From: Phoronis australis
Lineage: Eukaryota > Animalia > Phoronida
Length of the DNA stretch: 64,000 nucleotides
Assembly: GCA_002633005.1 (NCBI GenBank)
Contig: NMRA01000054.1
Span: 252,952 to 316,951, forward strand
Direction: 5' to 3'
Under the pieces are notes generated by a model that searched no databases, had not been told where the DNA came from, and worked only from the letters and a program-made list of their open reading frames with translations. Position numbers and translations under genes: made by a program. Below are positions 23,801 to 38,800 of this stretch, in pieces; position 1 is the stretch's first letter, and each line of letters begins with the position of its first letter.

Positions 23801-26800
23801 CGTCACCTCTAACTCCACTTTTAAACTAGCTCAAATCTGCCTCACGATAGAGATCCCAAAAGCATGAGGTCACATTCTAGATCGAGTTGTGTACCTTGTA
23901 TTTACTGCTTTTCATGGGCTTATATACTGTACAACCCATACGACTTCAGACAAAATGAACTGATATTCCCCGTCAGATGGGCAGAAGCTAAATACGTCAT
24001 TAGAGTAGCCTTCCCTCCTTGACCAATAACGAAAGGAGGATAAACAGTAAAGTTAGTAAGGTGGCTAAGCCATTGTGTAATTAGAATTAACCTGTCATAA
24101 CAGCTATTACCAGTATTCTGGATCAGGCTGACACAACTGAGGAACTTAAAATCCGTGAGTCACTTCACATCAGCTGGCTCAAGTCTGAACTGAATAAGCA
24201 GCTGGCACACAGCAGACTGTTACTGGTCTTAGGAATTGTCTTATTGTTTTGTTGCTATGGTGCGTGCTGATGGCTCTACTGTACACTGTGTGGGTCAAGA
24301 TTGTTAGATGTCCCTGACTGCTTGTCCTGATGATGATGTTTGAGACATTGAAACACGTTGAAGTTGAAAAATCTTGTTTTTATGAATATTACCACAGTCA
24401 TTTTTGCTGTTAACAGAATTTGCAGTAATGGCAGGAAAATGATATACTTTTATTTCAGTCTTGTATGGTATGAATGTTTGTATAAGGCTACAGACTAAAG
24501 CATGAATATCAGCCAACACATCAATATGCCCATCCATGTTTTACAGAACCTTCTTCAAGCACACAGAAACAGAATTGCATATGATACAAGTAAAGGCCCT
24601 TTCATACCAACATCAACATGTCGGTGTTGAGGGACTGTCGGTCAGCATGACCTTCAATACTGGATCAAAGTGAACAGCGCAACTTTTAAGTTGAATGTCT
24701 TCACTCAACAGAGGGATACAACAAAGTGCCATCAATGCTTAAAGTGGTATAAACAGGTACTATTGGAGTCCTCGGCAGGTGTCACTGTCAATAACAGCAT
24801 ATTAAGATGTGAAAAACTACTACTGCGTAACATTTTTGGAGTTCCATCTTGAAATAACTTCAACAAACTGCAAATAACTGTAAAAGCCGGTCTGAAAGGT
24901 ACCATTAACTTGGCAGTTTATATATGGATGCTTCTCTGGCACAGGTGTTAAGCTGCTAAGAAAGGTTCATCCAACTTCGCAGTTAACATTCGACGATACT
25001 TTAATAGCAGTTGGTATGAAAAGGCCTCACACTGCACCGTGAACATATTACCTATTCATGCTATACCTGGGACAATGCCATCTGCACACAAGGCCTAGCA
25101 CTACACCATGTACAAACCTTCTCATGATAAACACCTGGGACAATGCCATCTGCACACAAGGCCTAGCACTGCACCATGTCCATACCTATTCATGATAAAC
25201 ACCTGGGACAATGCCATCTGCACACACGCATTAACTCACCTTCTATGTAAATTTTTCTTCGCTTCGTTTCAGCAATATTTCGGTGGAACTGAGGCTGGCC
25301 AGCTTTTGTCTGACATATAGCTGATCCTGCGCAATTGGTACCATCCAGTTTTAAGCCACCATTCAAATTCACAAGGTAGTGATAGTAATCACTGCCTCGT
25401 ACCTCCAGTATGTCGTGTATTCTGAGGTAAAATGAAATAAAATACACACATGACCCATTTGCTCAATATTTTTGTGTACTTCATGGTAGTAAATGAAGTA
25501 AAGACAGTGAATTTTAAAGCCTAACTTCAACGGAATTTTGTTACTTTAGATGTATTAGGCTAACCAGATAGTCCTAGAAAAGCCTTTGTAAAATAAGAAA
25601 ACACAAGTTCAATCACCCAAATGTAAGCCCATAAGTGAAGCTGCCGTTTCGTGCCATGTTGCGTCACTGCGAGATCCCAGTACAAGCAACAAAAGGTTGT
25701 ATTTAATAGCCAATACGCCTAACAGTCCGTTACATTTGGCAATTTATGGCACTAGTGGGCTCACAGCAATGCTCTTAACATACTGTAAGAATCAAATTTA
25801 CATGTGTTACTGTTGAAGGTAGGCTTTAAGCACAGCTCAAGTCAAATGGGAAATGAAAGTATACACTCTGACGAGATTATGCAAAATTGGTCAAAATAAG
25901 AAAACACTACAGTTAAAATGATCAACTGAAAAAAATAAAATCAAGTTTGAAAAAGAATTGAACTCAAACTATTGATGTTATAAGGAATTAGACTCAGACT
26001 GTAATGCAACTAATTTTCAGGCTGAAAAAGAAACGCAGAAACAGTTTGGGACAAATAATTGAGTAGATAAGAATGGACGACATGCATACGAGGAGAACAC
26101 TGTAGCCTTTCAGGTTTCACTTCTAATCTACTACTACAACTATTCTTTAAAATCAAGTGTCTATTAATTAAGAGGGTTTGCTATTAATTGATAAAGACAT
26201 TTTGACAATTAAAACTAACAACTTCCCAGTAACCACTATACTTCAGCTTACTTGTCAGCAAATATCCTCTTCAAATTCAACTTTGTTTTTGACTTTGGGT
26301 CTGTTATGAAACCATCCGCCTCTTGGATCTCACTTCTGCAAGAGTGATTAGTCAAGTTGACCAAAAATAGGAGTACAAAGAGTAAATAAACTACAATCCG
26401 TAAGCCTTCAGTGCACTGACAGACAAAATGACCAGAATTCCCGGCATGACGGCTGGGTTGAGGCCAAATTCAACGTCAGAGTAATCTTCCCCTATGACCG
26501 AGAATGAACGAGGCTATTAAAATACTAAGTAAAGTAAGAAGGGTCATTCAGTAATTAGAATTTTGCACACATTATAGTTATTAACAGTCATTTTTGAAGA
26601 GCCAGTGAGGCTTAGTGTAATAGGTGCCCACCTTCTTTACTCGAGGTCGTGGGTTTGAGTCCCACTTGGTCCCACTGCTAGACCCCTGAGTCAGGTTTCT
26701 AGCTCCTCAGCTCAGTTGTAACAACATACTAATAAAAGCACAAAAATGGTTCCATGCGCGGCCTGCACACGTTTGGTACAACATGTACCAGCCTGCCTGC

Positions 26801-29800
26801 AATTCCTTTCTTAATTAACAAGACAATCATTTTTGATGTTCACAGATGTGGGAAATTTTGTCTGATTTATTTTTGTTTTGTTCTGAACCTAACTGTAAAC
26901 AGTAAGTAAACTGTGAAATAGCATGACGGACTTATAGCCTCTCATCTTCCGTGGACAGGATGTCAGGGCATTGTAAGTTACTTCCAGCCATGTCTAGCAC
27001 TCAATAAATCAGCTGAATAGACCAGAACAACGCTGGTTACATAACTTGTCAAAGATACGACCATTGTGTATTGAGCAGCAGATCGAATATTTTCAAGATT
27101 GTCAACATAGCCTTTGCGTTTGATGTCTTGGCCTCAAAATTAGAATAACCTCAACCTCTGTTTACGGACAACAACTCCAAGAATTTTCCTATTTGTACTT
27201 GAACAACATTAAGACTATAATTCACTGACAGGCAAATAGACACAATGTATACGACAAAGCAATACAAGTAATTATGGGAGCATAATAACTCCAAAAAATT
27301 CCTATAGATCACCATTTCATTTCATCTAATCAAAACATATTTAATACATTACCTCTTGTTCTTGCAAGCTATGGATGTTTTCCAGATGAAATTAAACACA
27401 CAGTTGTCTTCATTAGTCTTACTACAAAAAAACAATAGTAAGATTAACAGACAGTCATTCTATAGTCAAGAATTTGTAAACCACACCTGCACAATCTTAA
27501 TAGGACAATAACCCCATGCTTTCTGACAAAAAGTTAAGATTTAGGCAAAGTACTGCTACAACATTGGTCTCATTTTGTTGCTTACACAGACGTCTAGACT
27601 AGAGAAGAACTGACACATGGCTTCACTCCAGACCAACTCAGTTCTTTGTCACACCGAGGCAGTATAACTGTTAGAGGATTTCCAGATGATTTATAAAAAT
27701 AATTCCAATTCAAAGGCCAAGAATGCGATGATGTTGCTTGGAAAATGCAAACTAATACATAACAATAATATGCCAAGAAAGTTGATGTAGCAACACCCGA
27801 AATGATATTCTGTGGCTTTTTAAAAGCGTTGTTTTTGTCCTAGCGATGAAAACACGACTAAACTTTATTGTTTGAAAGCTTGATACTGATTCGCTCGTAG
27901 TTTCGAGACATAACAAACAAATTAAAACACTGGCTATTTTTCACGACTACATGTCTTATCATCAGACGATAAGTGGAATTAACATTCACGAAAAACCTAT
28001 GTTGAATGAGCAGCTCAAAGGTGTGTACCGCATGCTGGCTCTTCCTCCATAGGGTTGTGGGCTTTCTACCCTGTGTTGCATTCACACTGTCTCCTTGTGT
28101 GCCTCTCTCCTCTCTGTCACATGTATTTCACTGTTTACTTTGCTATGTAAATGCTCATTTCACTCACTGTGACATTTGGTCTCGAAATATAGCTAGTGCA
28201 ATTCATGTCTTTTGTGTCTCTCGGTGTTTTGCACGCCTGACGAAAGGAGAGTTTTTCGACACTACCAGTGAATCAGTGTCAAGCATTCAAACAAAAGGTT
28301 TAGTCGTGTTTTCAATGAAGTTTGTGTTAACGGAGAGCTGTTACGGAACTATATTGATTCCTATGGGAGACCAAAGAACGTTTCCAAAATGTAAAACTTA
28401 TTCTATGTACTCAATACATAGACTCGAGGCAATTTACATTGTAACCACTACCATATGAATGGAATCTGGTGTCTTATCTAATTTGGTCTAAGTCATTCAT
28501 CTAATCACTGGGAGTGATTAAAAAACCAGGTGGGTGTCTGCATTATTTAGAATGCACCTCGTAACTACAGATAGCCATGTGGTCTTACAAAACTGAATGA
28601 ACAAAACTGTATTGAAAAATTTTGTTCCAGAGGCTGAAAAACGCCTGTCAAAATGAGTGAACGTTTTCAGTAAGCTGAGCAAACTCAGCTTGTGTTGCGT
28701 ATACTAAACAAGTCTTAAACAGAAAATCCTCCCATTAAAATGCAAGAAGACCATTATCAACAGATGGTCTCGGGATTAATACAAAGGTAAAAAACAAGGC
28801 AGTTTTCAAACAAACAAAGATAATTATCCGATTTTCTGTTGAATGAACACACTTGTCACTACCTTGGCACAAACTGTGGCCCGCCAACTGTGTTTGCACA
28901 CTGTAACTTGATCACGGTCCTGGCGGCCACATTAGATGACCGTCGCTTGTTACGTGAGCAGGCATTGTTACCTTCGGAGTAGGTTAACACCAGAGTTTCA
29001 CCATCAGCTGAGAAAGAGAAGGCACTACAGTGACTGTAACAGAGTATGAATAATCAGGCGAGCAAGCTGCAAGGTGCAGTGATTGGAGAGTCTAGTTACA
29101 CAATAATTAACAATTGAGCTGGTTCACAACTGTATTCAGAGCCTGGACAGTGGATAGAGTGACATGTCTACAATCACCACATGACAACTAGGTGCTAATG
29201 TGCCAGTCAACCTTAACCAGAAGCACACGTCAGACAATAGTGGACGAGGCATGAAGGCCCACACTATCCAATGAGGTCATTTCAGCTGATATGCAAAAGG
29301 ACACATACTACCTAATGAGACCACTTAAAGCTTTTATAAGCCAGCCTACACTATCTAACCCATTAGGCTATTAAATACTTATATAAAACCCGAACTACGT
29401 CAAACAACAAGTTAACAATTTGATACAGACCACTTACTGCTACAGAAATGATCTCAATTTGCTTTTAGAATACTCAAATGAGAAATGATTTCTGGGCTTC
29501 CAAAGAACTGAAGGTTTAGCAGCGCTGGAGAATTTTTGTTTTTTTTTTGAGCTACCACTCTTTGACACAGGGTTTGAAGATTGTGTTAGGCAGGCCCTAT
29601 GAGTAGTAACTTGATAAGTTGGGCATTAATTATATGCTTAATATATTAAAATATGTCTTCACTGTCTTCACATACTAAATGTTACTACCTATCCTTGATA
29701 ATTTAATGTTTTTTATCATACCTTAACCATTGTAGTAACTTGCTGATTAATGTGACTTAAGGATTTTGAAGAGTGTTTTTAGATCAGCCCCAAGACAGAT

Positions 29801-32800
29801 TGAAACTCACAACTTCAGCGGTCCCAGTCAAACACTTGGCTAGCAGATTTAAACTCCACTCAATAAATAGCAGTGTTATAAGCGTACGTAACTAATAAAA
29901 TCACCAGCCTCAGCTTCAGAGGATAATTAAAAACCAACAGCAAGAATTGGCGATTTGCAATAAAATCCCAACACAAAATAGTTTTATAACTCTAGTCAAA
30001 GCTAATAACTTCAAGAAGCTTATCTCACCCAACAAGGATCCCCAAATCGTGTCGCTTCAATAACGGACGTTTCATGAGAACATACTTGTTGCCAGTGTTA
30101 CTGAGTGCCAGATCATTCCAATGCAAACTAATTCCACCTACCATCCATGGTCATCTGCTGTGTTTCAGTCTGACCCAACATCTCTACTTGGCCGTCTGGT
30201 GACTGGCGACACACTGCAGCAGACGGTGGGCAACCGGTGGACGAAGGTCCGTCGTGTACACCCTGACAAATGTTCAACCAGTACCTGGAGTAATAATGAG
30301 TAGCACACTAATTACGCATTATTTATTAAAAACAAATATTCAATTTGCTGTAACATTCGGAAGTTTTGCTGCAAAAGCTATCTGTGATCAGTTGCACCCA
30401 AATAGGGACTCAACTAAGTTCGGACTCAACTAAGTTCCCTAAGTCTGCCCATTTGTGTCTCTGTTTATTCACAAATGATATGTTCCTCTTTTGACTAATG
30501 AAATTTGTAATAAAATATCTAAAAATTGAGATCTTATTTCAATGAAAATGAACAAGTACTCAGCCCTTGTATTAGTGGCCTTGCACAGAAAGACCCCTAT
30601 TTATTTTCAATGATATTTGAGATTCAGCAGAGATACGACACTGTTTCAATGACAAAAATTGACTTACTACTGAAAATACAACACATCAGCAAAGAAAGGA
30701 CAACTAGTGTTTTCACAAGCCCACAAATTAGGCGAAAAGTTAAGTAACATAGCTGAGTCCCTATTTCGGACTGTTTCATGCAACCAGACATTGCGCACAA
30801 AATTAATACAGATCTTCCAAACACCATCCAAGTCTTGTAGCCAGACATATCATTTTATCCCGCCAAACACAACTCGTCAATTTTTACTGATGTTGGTACT
30901 CGTAGTAGAATTGAAGTTTAATTATTTTCTAATCCTGCAGGGACCTTAGAGCCCTTAAAGTCCACAGAAGTATTTAGCAACATGCATCCACCCACTATTG
31001 AAGTCCAATCACATAATATGTCTAAGACTTGCATTGTATAATTATTATACAATTATAATTATTGTGCGTGTATGCTGAAGCTGTCAGCAAACACGGCACA
31101 TGATGTGGCAGGGAAGATCATGGTAAACAGACATCCAGGCCCCTTCCTTCAGCTATTCTCTGGATCTAGGACAAAAACAGTATCCAAAATTGGCATATTT
31201 TTAAAGGCTTACCACATTGTTGCAAATGCTCAAAATTTTACAAAATACTGTCTGGTAACAGCTACGCCATACAAACTAAAAGCAAAGCAAATTTTCCTGA
31301 AAAGTCATTTTTGCTAAGAAAATTGACGAAATGGAAATTCACTAATGTGTGCCATATTGCGTCACAAAGTGAAGAATATTTACCATACTTTAAACACTGA
31401 GGCACGCACTCTAAGCATTAAAAATATTGAAAAGTATACGAGACATTTGAAAACACAATCATATGCTTTTTTACAATTCACAACTGAGACTGAAATTTTA
31501 TGAAAAAAGGTTTATGACATGAAAAAGTCTATACTTTTTGTGAAAAAGGTACTGAAAAAATCTTAATAGGAAATAATTTGCACAGTTCAACATTAACTCT
31601 TATTTCATTCATTTATGGCTTTTGTAGTGATTCATCTCAAAATCTATTGACGAGGTAAGTTCATGAGTATTCCTGATTGTGATCAACATTTCATACTAAT
31701 ATAGGGTGCTACTGTTATGTGCCGGACCAAAACAATTTCAATGCAAGGAACAACTGAATTCCTTGTTTTATTAGTAAATAAATGTCGTGATCCATGTTCA
31801 TTTTGAGTAGTAATAACCAAAGTTCAGTTTGTACCAGGATATTGATGTGTATTGGTAGGAAAATGCCTCAGTCTTGACAATAAATCGACCTAGAATTACT
31901 TTAGTATGTACTTCCTAATATACTCACTTGTTATTCTTACTGTCCTTCAGAGGCCAGCTGCTGGTCACCCGAGACAGCAGACGCAAGTCATACTTATCAC
32001 CACTATACTGAAACACGCACTCCTCAATGGCAGGAGGACAGGCTAAAATAGTTGGCCAGCGAAATACAACATCACATGTTGAGCTCTGGAAACATAAAAC
32101 ACACACATAATTCATAATGGATATCAAAGACAATGGTCTTCATTTGAAGCCGTTTAAAAAGGCTCAATTTTATCCCACTTAAAAAATATAAGGAATGGTA
32201 AAGCCTGATGTGATCACAAAAATACTTTTAAATACTGACTCAGAAGTTAAGTTTAAATATTGAAGGTTAAATACAAGATTATGTTTTTTTGGAAAATGTT
32301 AGCTTTTAAACTTAATTTTTTTTGTAAAACTCATAGCTACATGATGCTATAAACATAGCACAGACCCTTCACTGTGGAACTTGCAGGCTAATTCCTTATT
32401 TCTGTGATTGCTTTACCAAAGTAGTTAAAAACTCAACTAGCAACGATATGAATATGAAGCAAGTTGAAAATTACCAAATGCTGCTAAGAATGAGTTTTGT
32501 GTCGAAAATGATCCACCGTAAATCACTCAACCGTATCCACTAAGCATCGTGTCGTGGTGTTGGGGAACAACAATGCATGATGCGGGCTATGTGAGCCCCC
32601 AACGTATGTTATTTGCAGAATTTTTTTGTTTTCACATTTACAAGTTGTTAATGAATACAAAGACAACTGTATTTTGTTTAGCATGGTTATGTTCAAACAG
32701 CGTTGTCATTTAGTTCATGCTATACATTAGCACAGTTAGGAGCATGCAAATACATCAATAAAAGCAATTGCTACAATGTTTAATGTCATTGCAGAACATC

Positions 32801-35800
32801 TGAATTGGAGCAAGAGGAATTTCAAAATTTTAAAATTATCAATTTACTAACAAACAAAACCAGAAGTGACATAGTCAGTACATGTTGAAAATGTCGGCCA
32901 TATTGAGTGCATTTCGCAATAATTTTAGTAATGTTGTGTTTCCGTTTCATTCTTGCTGAAGTTGCTGAAGTAATGAACTGGATACCTCAAGTGAATGTGG
33001 TCACCGGTGATGGTTACGCAGTTTAGAAATTTATTATTATTAGGATTATTCAACACAACTGTATGCAGTGGTCAATCACCAGCCACATTTAGACCACAGC
33101 TCCAGCAAGACCGAAACATCTACATGTCTGAGTGCCAACAGCAAAAACATTTTTCAGTACGATAACATCTTCAACTATATCAGAAGTTTGTACAACATAC
33201 ATAAGTCAACATAACATCACTATAATTAATTCCTTCAATCATGCACAATTTTTGGCGAGTTACCTGTCACTGCCAAATGCAACGATCGGCAAGTTGGGCA
33301 CTTGATCTAGTTAAAATCCCCAATTTCATGGCAGATAACTTCAGTTTAAAGACATTGGTAGACAACAGGAGACAGTTTTCCAAGTACTGAACTGGTGTTT
33401 TAAGCTTTTTGAAAGAAATCTGTCGATCCATTACCTGTCGAACCACTATTGATGCAATTCCCTTTAAACTGTCCATCATTAAGGATTAGTTGACTCAAAT
33501 TCAAAATCATACCGATTTAGGATCAGAGTTTAAATTGCCAGACATGAGATGAAATATGTACCAGTGCCAGTAGGGTACAAATTTCAACAAAAATCCTTCA
33601 TTGACCCTTGATAGTATTTAGTCACATGAAATCTTCAGTACTCTTAGACATTCAGACGAATATCGGGATTAACTCAAAAAATTCCCAAGTATTCTGTATT
33701 CCCATTGTGTCTTTCGACAACGAAGAGACAACAGGAATGAAGCGCAATACAACAGAATACAATTCAAACGACCACGTCATTTTCACTTTCGCAATGTGCT
33801 TACGATTAACTCTGGTACAGATTTTTTGTTATTTTTATTTAATTAATGAAAATAGTCATAATAAAACATGAAAATACTCTAATATGCCACATGGACTAGA
33901 AACATGTTAACAATATTGTAACATTTGTTTTTTCAAACTCAACGGACAAACTTAAAGACAAAGTAACTTACACTTAGCAATATAGGTTTGGTGCCGCTGG
34001 TTGCAGTACGATCACACTCAAAGATGATCTGTGACTTGGCATGACCATCAGCTATGAAAGTAGAGTTCAGAGACATAGCATAGTAAAATGGTGATAAGTA
34101 ATGACAATCACACATCTTGCCATGGTGGCTAAAAGTGAACAAAACGTTATTTTTTGTTAGGTCATCAACATAGTTGTGATTCTTGTAAACCATTGTAATC
34201 CATTGGATCCACAGCAGTCAACAACAGACGGCAAATGCACCCGACTGTGAAGAAACATTTAATACCTTGTCAATATATTCAATCACCAGCTGGTGATAGA
34301 GAAATCGTTGACATTTTAATCAAGTTTAGTAATATGACACTCACTCAGTTAAATGCTTGCCTCTAAAATGAGTTCACTATCAACTGGTTAAAACATAAAT
34401 TCAAAGTCTAATTCATAACAAATTGAGTTTATAACTTATCCGTGCAAAACAAGAAGACATTGTCAACTCACTACTGTCAGAACACGTAGCGCCATCTCTA
34501 TATGACAGTCTGACACGATTCTCCACAATCTCAAACCATGATTTGGCAGATGAACCAAACGATGTCTCCACCTTCTTATTGTCCCTACGACAAACGGCGG
34601 AGTTCTTGCAATTATCACTGGTGAAATCAATTACAGGCGAACAGATGTTGATGTAATATGCAATCTCCCCTACAGCCACCTGAAAGTTGATAAGATGCAT
34701 TAACTAATTCGTGAATTGCAATCAAAATACTTCACACAATCAACAGTATCCACAATGATCATCTTCCCTATGTCCAACATACCATAAGGTTATCTCAAAC
34801 CTTATTTAAAGGCCTCCATTCCAACTCGTACATCAAAAACCTAATTTTTGTCAAATAGTAAAAGTATATACTTTCTGAAAGAAAAAATATCACAGACAAT
34901 AAAAATATGTTTTATATTCATTTGCCATTATTATTACATTAACATCCTTTTTAAGTCAAAATTTCTTCTTTAAGAAAGGTACATTTGTAGCAAAATAACC
35001 CCTTGGTCGATTTTAATAAAACCTTTTTAAATGAAAAGTTAACTAGTAACCACAAAAATGCTGTTAGAAATTTACGAAAAGTTTTTTAGTTTGTTTTCTA
35101 TGACAAATCAACTTGCCTTCATATCAAAAGTCCTGACAGCGTTTTTGAGATCGATGAATAAAATTTGTTAAGTTGGGGAAGTTTCAGCCAAATCCACCAT
35201 GCCATTTTCAAAACTTGTGTTCCTAAGTTCAAACTAAGCCGATTTGCTGACGAGAATGAAGATAAGGAATTTTACTAGACACGTGAAATATTGTAAAAAT
35301 GGCCAATTTTTGTGAATAAGGTTTGATATAATCTTAATTGTGCAATTTTAGGATTTGACAGTTTGTATTTTCAACACAGACTTTACTTCACAAAAAAATG
35401 CCACTGAAACTTAAGCCGATAGTTTCACCTTTCTGTACTTTAGCACACGGGTCAGAAATGGCATGATGGTTAGGCTACAACTCTTAAGAACAAAAAAATA
35501 AGTTTGGGTGTAAAAATATCAAACAACACTCCTCTTTTCTTACACTTTTTACAGTAAGAACCTTTATCAGGTGATCTGACAAATCATTCTTCAATTATCT
35601 TTGCAAAACATAAAAATGGAAATGTTGATTTAATAGTTGCTGAAGACAAGAAAATTTACCCACACGTCAGTTTGGACTGGAAAAAATGTAATTTGTTTCT
35701 AAAAATATGCCACCAAAGACATTTTTGGTTTAATAACTTGGATGTTTAGTTTACGTCAATGAAGCTGTAAACTGAAACTACGGGCTTTTAAAACCAGGGA

Positions 35801-38800
35801 AAAATAAGTCGTAACTGTGTACATAACAGACAAGCAAAATGTTCCTCTCAAGTCTGTCTCAACACTTTACGTATTCAGGCAACAGTGCAACAAACCTTGT
35901 ATCCATTGTCCAGATTTGACACAGTCTGCTTAAGAGCAGAGAAATCAAACTCATGTTTGGTCTTCTTGTCATAGAACGTGCAGTTGTCAGACACTACTGG
36001 GCCAGACTGTGCACACACAACATTAGTCTCCCAAGTAAACAAGTACTGACAGCCATCCACCACATCAACAAGCTCAGGAACTCCCTGAAATTAAAGATGG
36101 GGAACAACAAATCAGCTCATACTAATCGTGCAGTGATATGTAACTTTTTGTGTGATGTAACCAAGGGATTATTGCACTATGTATACAACCCAGACATTGT
36201 GGTTTCAATTCAACATGTTTATGACCTATAGTTCAGAAGACTCGCAGCAAATTTATATCAAGAGTGTAAACCACTTACACAATTCACATTAAACTAAGTA
36301 ATTTCAAACACCATTTTAAAGGCAGTGTTCCAATTGGCTATTACTGAGATGCCACTACTTGTGACGTTTAACTGTACCCTAAGAACACTGCTACCAAATG
36401 TCAATACCTTATTTGGCCCTGGCATGCAGACAAACTCGATCCTGGATGACATGTTGACCCCTTCATGACCTGGACATGGTGAGCCATGAGTGTAAACTAT
36501 GGTCACCTTCCCAGAATCCTCATCTAAAAATGGTAGTCGATGTACATGGCCAATACTCTAACGAAACAAGACAGAAGTATTTCATTAAATAGTCAATGAA
36601 ATGACATCAAAAGTAAGGTAGCAGGCCAACATTTATTTAATTGTTCATGCTTTAAAGGTGAACCAAGCGGTTTAAATTTTCTGCTTATTTACACAATACA
36701 AGGTGCGGTTTTACTATCATTTTCTTACAATAATTAGAAAGCTACTACAGAGCCACAACTGGCTTCCTTCATTTGAAAACTCATGCCTAAAATGTGTCCA
36801 CTTGAACAATGACAAAAATACAAATAGCAATTTACAATGTCAAAGTGAAACACTGTCAGGATACTCAAATAGTTTTGAAAATTGAAAATGAGATTGTAGG
36901 TGACAATGAAATTCCAGGTCACAACTTGAAAATCATGTTTGTCATTAAGAACTTTCCATCATTCGTATTTGAATTAATATTAGGTGTTCATTAGACTTAT
37001 TTATGTGCCTACTAATCAAAGCTGAAAGTCAGCTGGCGCCAGCTATACACCTGAAGGTTAACACTTAGCGTTTTACAAAATCAATACTCAATATTTTGTC
37101 AAATACAAAAATAGCCAGGAAGGAGCGCTAATAAAAGTAGTTGAATCTGTTTGAAAATGATACTTGAGCTTATTACACAATATATCTTTCAGTCAAGCTT
37201 CTTGATAATAATCAAAAGACAACAAAAATGCTGTCGAGAAAAGAGGGCGCTACCGCAGTCAAATCTGAGTGAAAAATCGACTTATCCCCTGCATCCCTGC
37301 CACATAACTCTCTGTCAGGTTTCCACCGTATCTGCCAAGCCAGTTCTGACAAAAATTGACACACAAGCAATATCTCTAAGATAGCCAATAGGCAGGGACA
37401 CAACCATATAACTCCCCACCATATCACTTTGGGTTAAATATCATCACTATCTGTCAAACAGTTTTTGAGATAATCAACAGACAAACAAAGGTAGCGACCC
37501 ATAATGTCAAACTGACAGACAAGATGTTGACCATATATGACCACACAATGTTTTATGACACATAAAAATAAAATCGATACAGTAGAAACTTGATTGAATC
37601 ATTCAATTCAAAGATCGGCTTACTGCACCAAATGACCCAAACTTCAAATTTTCTCAAGTCTCAACTGACCGTAGGGGTTTCTCCAGATTTTACTCGACAA
37701 GCAGAGGCCAACGGAGGACAAAGCTTCCCTGGTATAGGATTCAAGGGTCGGCAGATATTTATATAGTAAGAAACATCACTATAGGTACTTCGGGATGCAG
37801 CACTGACAGCTAAATGATAGCCATCATCCTTGATGAGAGGAGATAAATCCAGGTTTTCACTACCCAAAACACCACAGCTAACCTGAAGATAAACATTAGA
37901 CGCAGTGTTCAAACAAGTAAAAAATAAACAACATTTTGCAATAAAACAAAAAAATGTCACACGAGAAAGCTTGAGACAACAATCTGACTGAATGTTAGAA
38001 TGGGTCGAGACCATAGCTAAACGTTCAAAAGGTCAGAGCAAATATAAATTTACCGATAATAGTTTTGCCTGAAGTAGAGGTATGGAACCAAGAAATTAAA
38101 GAATCACTCACCTCTGTTTCACAGGCTAGCTCAGTGTGCCATGCTACATAATATGTACAGTCATCTGACTCATCGACAAACACTGGTGATCCATTGCCAC
38201 GTCCCTCAGGGCCACAGACAAAGCTAATGAATGTACTCCGTGCTCGTTTATTGTGTGAACAAACAGTCCCGTCGGTGTAATTCAGGGTTAGAACACCCTC
38301 TGTGAACTTGAGATTAGAGTTTGCCTTTCCAGCATCGAAACAACTGTTCGAGTTGAGATCTTTCTGACATGAAGCTAAAAAACATTTAGTTCAGACTCAC
38401 AGAATACAAAACAATTCAGCTATTGTATGAATCATTAGACTTCTTACACAACATTGTTGGTCACAGAGTAAAGGATACTGGTGCACATATCATTAAAGCT
38501 TTCATTCAAATCGTATTGAGATAATTGAGCACTGAACTGATGTCCACGATGGACAAAACAGACTGCAGGAAATATAAATCTTTTTGTGGACACTGGTCGA
38601 TTAGAATTATCTTGAGCTTTACAAAATACCCTCAAGTTGTGACGCTAGTCACGGTGTTTTTTCAGACTTTCCAGAGTACCTCCGTTTTTGTTCTGCCTTG
38701 AATGTGGCTTTGCTACTATTTAGCTGTTTTTTGGGTTATTTTGTAAACCTGCCATAATATTCTTCTGAAGAATGCGTTCACTTGTTTATCCAGATCCACA

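Noticed and set aside
26600-26680. tRNA gene (also at about 39995 and 55541)
   Set aside because: A- and B-box-like motifs are present, but I cannot build a cloverleaf. The 26600 and 39995 copies share a downstream body, which indicates SINEs.
34806-35791. Possible 1-kb TTAA-flanked element
   Set aside because: The putative inverted ends match too poorly to call.
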